From Polyangiales bacterium (GTDB lineage Bacteria; Myxococcota_A; Polyangia; Polyangiales; Ga0077539), in the NCBI GenBank assembly GCA_044229975.1, contig JBGARZ010000011.1:256001-320000 (forward strand): a DNA stretch of 64,000 nucleotides, written 5' to 3'. Made by a program: the position numbers and the translations under genes. Below, one piece after another: positions 59,568 to 64,000 of the stretch (position 1 is its first letter; every line of letters starts with the position of its first letter). The notes below the pieces were generated by a model. That model saw only the letters and a program-made list of their open reading frames with translations. It did not search any database and was not told the DNA's origin.

Positions 59568-61532
59568 GTGTCCAGAAGCTCGTCCCTCCTGCTCGCGTGT
59601 TGCCTCTCCACCGCGTGCGCGCAGACCGTCACCTCGGGCATCGCACAGCCCGACGCGGGCACCGCCGTCGACGCGCCCATCGTCATCGCTGACGTGAACC
59701 CGCCCACCGACGTAGGCGCGCCCGTCGACGCAGGTGCGCCCATCGTCATCCCCGACGGCGGCGTCTCCGACGATTGCCGCCCCGCGACGTGGTGCTGGGA
59801 GCGCCCCTTCCCCACGGGGGAAACAGCCGTCGCGGCCGTCGCGCCGTCCGCCGATCGCATGGCCTTCATCACCGAAGGCGGAACCCTCGTGCGCTGGGAG
59901 TCGGGCCGCTGGAGCACGCAGACGCTCACGCTGCCGGGTCAGCCGACGGGCCTGTGGCTCGGGGCCGATGGTGACGTGGTGCTCACCGTGGTCGAGCGCA
60001 TCTCCCAACGGGAGCGCTGGATCGTCGAGCTGCGCAGCGGCGCCCAGCGCATCACCGCGCTGGCGGGTCAAGGCTACGTGAGCAACCCGCAGTCGAGCGG
60101 CGACACCGTGTGGGTGCAGGGCGCGCGCGAGCTCTACCGGCGACGCGGCGACGCGGCCTGGGAGACCATCGACGGACCGGGGAGCGACGCGCTCATCGCG
60201 AGCCTGCACGTCGTCGGACCCAACGAGGTCATCGCGCTGGAGAGCTGGGGCTCGGGCAGCGGAACGGGCCTCCTCCACCGCTACAACGCCGGCGCGTGGG
60301 AGCTCGTGGTGGACTTCCGCGAGCGCTCCGCCGACCGGGTCGAGGGCCCCATCGTCGCGCACGACGGCGCGCTGTGGATGCGCACCTTCGAGCCCGACCG
60401 CGGGCTGCCGGGGGTCGTGCGGGTGGTGGGCTCGGAGACCGAATACCTGAGCGTTCCGCGGGGCACGAGCTCGATCAGCCTCGCCGCGGTGGGCACCGAG
60501 GTGTGGCTCATCGACGGCAACCGCGCGTGGCGTCGGCGAGGCGACGAGTGGGTCGCGGTGATGGGCTTCCCGGGTCGCTCGTACGGCGTCATCACGGGCT
60601 TCGGCGACGGCGTCGCGTGGGTGCTCAACGAGGGCATCCATCGCTTCAGCGGGGGCGCGTGGCAGCGCGTGGCGGAGGGCGACCAGCCCACCGGCAACTT
60701 CTGGGACGTGGGCGGTGAGCCGCTGCTGGTGTCGTATCGCCCGTCGGGCTTTCTCGCGCTGCGGGCGGGCACGCGACCGACGTGGGCGCTGGAGCCGATG
60801 ATGTTGCAGGGAGACATCATCGGCGACGCCGCGCCGGTGCAGGGCGTCGGAGCGCTCGCCACGGACGAGGGCGTGATGCGGGTGACCGGGCGCGCCGTGG
60901 GGCGGATGGTGACGTGGCCCGAGCGGGGCGTCGGGCGAGTGATGAGCGCGAGCCCGGCGGGCGTGTGGGCGTGGCTCACCACCAACCGCTTCATCGGCCT
61001 CGTCGGCGACGCGTGGACGGAGGTGACGGGGCCGGTGTTCGAGGACGTTCCGCGCGCGGGGTACACCGTCGACGCGGTGCACTTCACGGCGGACGGGCGG
61101 CTCTTCGTGGCGGCCTCGGTGGTGACCGGGGACAAGCAGGTGCGACGGCGGGTGTTCGTGCGCGAGGGCGAAGGGTGGCGGCTGGTCGTCAGCGAGATGG
61201 GGGTATTCGGGCGGACGGAGTCGGCGTTTGTCGTGGGTGATACGTCGAGCGACGTCTGGATCGGCCTGTCCGGCCTGCACCACTTCAACGGGATGACCGC
61301 GTCGCTGGTGGCGCCCGGCCTCGACGTGCAGGGGCTCTCGCGGCGCAGCGACGGGGTGGTGGTGGCCCTCACCGCGACGACGGTGCAGACCTGGGGCGCC
61401 GACGAACGGCGCCTCGCTCCGGTGCCGCTGCCGCCGGTGCGGGCGCACTTCACGCGGGTGCATCAGGTGGCGGGGACGCGGGTGCTGCGCGTGGCCAACG
61501 CGAGCGGGCAGGTGATGCGCTACACGCCGTAG
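59568..61532 (+). CDS. Beta-propeller-like lipoprotein
   Basis: Signal peptide with STAC; WCWERPFPTG; Trp-rich repeats. Confidence 0.8.
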   Translation: MSRSSSLLLACCLSTACAQTVTSGIAQPDAGTAVDAPIVIADVNPPTDVGAPVDAGAPIVIPDGGVSDDCRPATWCWERPFPTGETAVAAVAPSADRMAFITEGGTLVRWESGRWSTQTLTLPGQPTGLWLGADGDVVLTVVERISQRERWIVELRSGAQRITALAGQGYVSNPQSSGDTVWVQGARELYRRRGDAAWETIDGPGSDALIASLHVVGPNEVIALESWGSGSGTGLLHRYNAGAWELVVDFRERSADRVEGPIVAHDGALWMRTFEPDRGLPGVVRVVGSETEYLSVPRGTSSISLAAVGTEVWLIDGNRAWRRRGDEWVAVMGFPGRSYGVITGFGDGVAWVLNEGIHRFSGGAWQRVAEGDQPTGNFWDVGGEPLLVSYRPSGFLALRAGTRPTWALEPMMLQGDIIGDAAPVQGVGALATDEGVMRVTGRAVGRMVTWPERGVGRVMSASPAGVWAWLTTNRFIGLVGDAWTEVTGPVFEDVPRAGYTVDAVHFTADGRLFVAASVVTGDKQVRRRVFVREGEGWRLVVSEMGVFGRTESAFVVGDTSSDVWIGLSGLHHFNGMTASLVAPGLDVQGLSRRSDGVVVALTATTVQTWGADERRLAPVPLPPVRAHFTRVHQVAGTRVLRVANASGQVMRYTP

Positions 61533-61575
61533 GCGTTGCACCGGACGGCGTGACCGGGAGAGCATCGCCGCCCGC

Positions 61576-64000
61576 ATGACCACCCCAGTGGCTCCGAAGA
61601 CCGCGCCGAGGGGCGTCGCGGACGCGATGAAGCGCATCGCCGCCTCGCGAGACGTAGCAGCCCGCGCCGATGACCTCCCGGCGCTCCCGGCCTTCGACAT
61701 CGAAGCCATCCGCGTGCCGGTCGAGCGGCGGCTCGCGGAGCAGTTGGAGAAGATCCCGGCCTTCGCGAGGCTGCGCGACAAGATCGACCCGCCGCCACCC
61801 GAGGCCGTGCGTCGACGGCTCATGGCCGAGGCCCTGCGGCTGTCGGAGTCCATGGCGCCGGACACCTACGCCTACGCCCACGCCGCGCGGCGAACGCTCA
61901 ACATCGACCGCCCGCTGGAGATCTATCAATCGGGCGGCCAGGAAAACGCCGCGATCCATCTCATCGAGGAGCCCATCGTCCTCGAGATCATGGGGCGGCT
62001 CATGACCCTGCTCGACCGCGGCGCGGCCATCGCGGTCTTCGGCCACGAGTTTGGCCACTACCTCGCGCACGGTCCGTGGACGCCCATCGGCCGCACCGGC
62101 ACCGCCGCCAACGTGCTGATGCGGATGGACGACCTCGACGACACGCTCGTGTCCGTCGCCAGCGCGCTCTTCATGGCGCGCGAGCTCACGGCCGACCGCG
62201 TCGGGATGCTCGCCTGCCAGGACCTCGCCGCCCACCTCCGCCTGGAGATGATCTGCACCACGTCGCTCCCCGGCGACGCGCTCACCTGGGACACCGACGC
62301 GTACCTCCTCCAGTGTCGCGAGCTCATCGACGCCCTGCTCGAAGGCAGCGACCAGGCGGCGGGCAGCACGCACCCCGAGCACAGCGTGAGGGCGTGGGCC
62401 GCGTGGCTCTTCAGCGAGACCGCGGAGTACCGCGCGCTCACCGGCAAGGGCCCCGGCACCCGCGCGCTCGCCGACGTCGACGCCCTCATCGACCGCGTGC
62501 TCGCCGCCCCGTCGCTCGACTTCGACTGGAACATGTTCGAAGCGCCGCCCGTCGAGATGCACGAGTGCGCCCTCGCGTGCAGCGTGCTGGTCGCCAGCGC
62601 CGACGGCGACCTCGCCGACGTCGAGGCCGACGTCATCGAGAAGGTGTTCGCGCCGCTGGTCCCCGACTGGCGCTGGTACCTCGACGTGGACAACGCCCGC
62701 GAGCGGCTCGCCGAGGTGTCGCCGGTGATGCAGTCGGTCGGGGGTGACGCGCAGCGCTCGCTCTTCCTGCTGCTCATGCACGTCGTCGCCGCGGACGGGA
62801 AGGTCTTCGAGGGCGAGGTCGACATGGTGCTCGCGCTCGGCGACTACCTCGGCCTGGGCCCCCTCTTCCATCGCCTCATGGGCGCCTCGCTGCGCGCGCT
62901 GGGGTTGTCCCTCCGCGTCGACGAGGAGCCCGCCGTGTCGATCCCGCTGCCGCCGCGCAGCGGGGAGGCGCTGGAGGCGCTGCGGGCCTTCCTCACCGGC
63001 GTCGTGCGGCGCCGGGGCGCGCAGACCACGCTGCGCCGACTGGTGCGCCTCGTGGGCGCGACGGACCCGACGCCGGAAGTACTGCGCGCCCTCACCGCGG
63101 AGATCGCCCGCGCCGGGGTCACGCTCGACCCGCCCTTCGATCAAGGCGATCTGGAGACGGAGCGCTCGCTGACGGTTCCGCATGCGACCGTCGCCGCGGC
63201 CCCGGTGCGCGCCGCCCGCCGCGACGCGTCGCTGCTCCCCGAGGAGCGGGCCAACCTGCTGCGCGCCGTCACCGTGCTCCGCGACCAGCTCGTCTCGGGC
63301 AACGGCAACAGCCCCGCCGTGCGCCTCCGTCGCCCGCGCGCCGGCCGCACCATGGACCTCCACGACCTGGAGTCCCTCTCCACCGGCCTCGCCGAGCGCA
63401 CGCTCGCGCAGCTCCGCGAAGGCCGCCGCGCGAAGCTCGTCGACGCCACCGAAGCGGGCGCCCACGCGGGGGGACAACGCGTCGCCGCCGCGCTCCTGCT
63501 GCTCGACCGCGACGCGAGGCAGCGCGTGGAGGAGACCGGCGCGCGCGACCTCGCAGTGGGCCATCCCTTCCTCGCGGGCATGGTGCAGGGCTACCTCGTG
63601 CGCGGCCCGCTGGTGCTGCACCCGGTGTCGCTGGAGCGCGACGCCCGCGGCGCCCGCGGCTTCGGGCTGGTGCCGTCCAAGGACGAACCGCCGCAGGTCA
63701 ACATGGCCCTCCTGCGACTGCTCTTCGCGAAGAAGGGCTACGCGTTTACCGACGCGCTCGCGGAGTTTCTCGACGCGGCGGCGGCCGACCCCGCGCGCAG
63801 CGTCGAGGCCATTCTGGAGACGCTCGCGCAGGTGGGGCTCACGCCGACCCGCGCGCCGAGCGCCCTCTCCCCGCTGCGCGACCGCGCCGAGGAGATCTTG
63901 CAGTGGAGCGGCGACCGCCTGGAGCTGGAGGAGTGCGCCGTGCTGGGCTTCTTCCCGCAGTCCGACAGCGACCTGCTGCAAGACTACGACGCCCTGCTCA
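61576..64000 (+). CDS. Partial gene: M48 peptidase + TerB-like + DUF4011 fusion, runs off the window
   Basis: Open frame of over 800 codons, absent from the ORF track. GHEFGH, ELTADR, THP; ASADGDLADVE and AADGKVFEGE; EETGARDLAVGHPFL, RGPLVLHPVSL, VNMAL, AVLGFF. Confidence 0.85.
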   Translation, partial: MTTPVAPKTAPRGVADAMKRIAASRDVAARADDLPALPAFDIEAIRVPVERRLAEQLEKIPAFARLRDKIDPPPPEAVRRRLMAEALRLSESMAPDTYAYAHAARRTLNIDRPLEIYQSGGQENAAIHLIEEPIVLEIMGRLMTLLDRGAAIAVFGHEFGHYLAHGPWTPIGRTGTAANVLMRMDDLDDTLVSVASALFMARELTADRVGMLACQDLAAHLRLEMICTTSLPGDALTWDTDAYLLQCRELIDALLEGSDQAAGSTHPEHSVRAWAAWLFSETAEYRALTGKGPGTRALADVDALIDRVLAAPSLDFDWNMFEAPPVEMHECALACSVLVASADGDLADVEADVIEKVFAPLVPDWRWYLDVDNARERLAEVSPVMQSVGGDAQRSLFLLLMHVVAADGKVFEGEVDMVLALGDYLGLGPLFHRLMGASLRALGLSLRVDEEPAVSIPLPPRSGEALEALRAFLTGVVRRRGAQTTLRRLVRLVGATDPTPEVLRALTAEIARAGVTLDPPFDQGDLETERSLTVPHATVAAAPVRAARRDASLLPEERANLLRAVTVLRDQLVSGNGNSPAVRLRRPRAGRTMDLHDLESLSTGLAERTLAQLREGRRAKLVDATEAGAHAGGQRVAAALLLLDRDARQRVEETGARDLAVGHPFLAGMVQGYLVRGPLVLHPVSLERDARGARGFGLVPSKDEPPQVNMALLRLLFAKKGYAFTDALAEFLDAAAADPARSVEAILETLAQVGLTPTRAPSALSPLRDRAEEILQWSGDRLELEECAVLGFFPQSDSDLLQDYDALL

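Noticed and set aside
1..64000. tRNA or rRNA genes
   Set aside because: None recognised by eye; not excluded without a covariance scan

Overview
High-GC bacterial chromosomal DNA, most consistent with Myxococcota (Cys-rich lipoproteins, a MYXO-CTERM-like tail, PilZ, a membrane Ser/Thr kinase, TSP3-OmpA). The main structure is an integron-type gene-cassette array at about 0.9-6.0 kb. It has a putative attI site, seven attC sites (five nearly identical 91-bp copies) and eight co-oriented, lower-GC cassettes, including a toxin-antitoxin pair with a broken toxin and a nucleotidyltransferase. No integron integrase lies next to it or anywhere in the window. The rest mixes housekeeping genes (gcvP, rnz, miaA, glgA, peptide ABC transporter) with accessory genes. 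Two Cys-repeat surface lipoproteins end in different tip domains: one resembles the phage gp38 adhesin, the other a Cys-rich domain I recall from amphioxus proteins. A gene running off the right edge fuses an M48 peptidase, a TerB-like domain and DUF4011. There are also two families of long inverted-repeat elements and many gene fragments. All product calls come from motif reading, not database searches.
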